A DNA stretch of 64,000 bases, from the NCBI GenBank assembly GCA_030141605.1, contig JAQGDQ010000020.1:1178001-1242000 (forward strand), in the 5' to 3' direction. This stretch comes from Tubiluchus corallicola. Its lineage: Eukaryota > Animalia > Priapulida. The translations under genes were made by a program, and so were the position numbers. The notes beneath the pieces were generated by a model. That model did no database searches, had not been told where the DNA came from, and worked only from the letters and a program-made list of their open reading frames with translations. Below are positions 63,577-64,000 of the stretch, in pieces; the first letter of the stretch is position 1; each line of letters begins with the position of its first letter.

Positions 63577-63982
63577 ATGATGAATTACACTCAAGTTGCA
63601 GAACTTGGCGTTTGGTCTCAGAAATTTTCTGAGCCTTGGAAATATGAGAGCTTCACCGTTTTGGCCTGCTCTCTCTTCTGTCTCCTCTGGTGCTACATTG
63701 TCAAGGGCGTCATTCAAACCTCCTCCAAATTTTCTCTTCTTCCACCTGGTCCGCCAGCTTTTCCTGTAGTGGGTTCCTTGTTCTCTCTCTCGCAGGATTT
63801 GCGGCGAAGTTTTGGCGACTTGGCGCGTAAATACGGTCCGCTGTGTGGACTGTGGCTCGGACCACACTACACGGTCCTCATCAGTGACGCGGAGATCCTT
63901 CGGGAAGCATTCGTGAAAAGAGGAGAGGTGTTTTCTGCGAGGAAGAATCTATTTGTTATGCACGCTGTAACTGATGGATTGG
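63577..63982 (+). CDS. Cytochrome P450, CYP2 clan, first coding exon (3'-partial)
   Basis: MMNYTQ...TVLACSLFCLLWCYIV (membrane anchor)...LPPGPPAFPVVGSL (proline hinge)...LARKYGPLCGLWLG..TVLISDAEILREAFVKRGEVFSAR...DGLG|gtagga. The ORF track missed it because it has no stop inside the window. Confidence 0.92.
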
Positions 63983-64000
63983 GTAGGAAATATTTGTTTA

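Overview
AT-rich, intron-rich animal (invertebrate, probably protostome) genomic DNA, not a prokaryotic locus. I assembled three protein-coding genes by hand from GT-AG exons with consistent phases. (1) An X11/Mint/LIN-10 (APBA family) adaptor gene on + (PTB + PDZ1 + PDZ2; 5' end lies upstream of the window; exons 3215-23151), with a candidate 6-nt neural-type microexon at 16321-16326 that no ORF track would show. (2) A complete 14-exon FRMD5/FRMD3-like FERM gene on - (55470-30174, 543 aa, C-terminal TM segment), convergent with X11. (3) The first coding exon of a CYP2-clan cytochrome P450 on + (63577-63982), running off the window. Introns and intergenic DNA hold many non-autonomous transposons: hAT MITEs with 8-bp TSDs, a piggyBac-type TTAA element, an internally deleted pogo/Tigger element, RTE-like LINE 3' ends (one with an exact 11-bp TSD) and tRNA-derived SINE heads including a tRNA/5S chimera. 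Minisatellites, fold-backs and microsatellites are also common. Most ORFs in the supplied track are spurious. I found no convincing wholly new multi-gene system. The most interesting signals are the microexon with its splicing-code context and a 3'-UTR minisatellite built from the gene's own stop-codon region. All family assignments come from motif recognition, not database searches.
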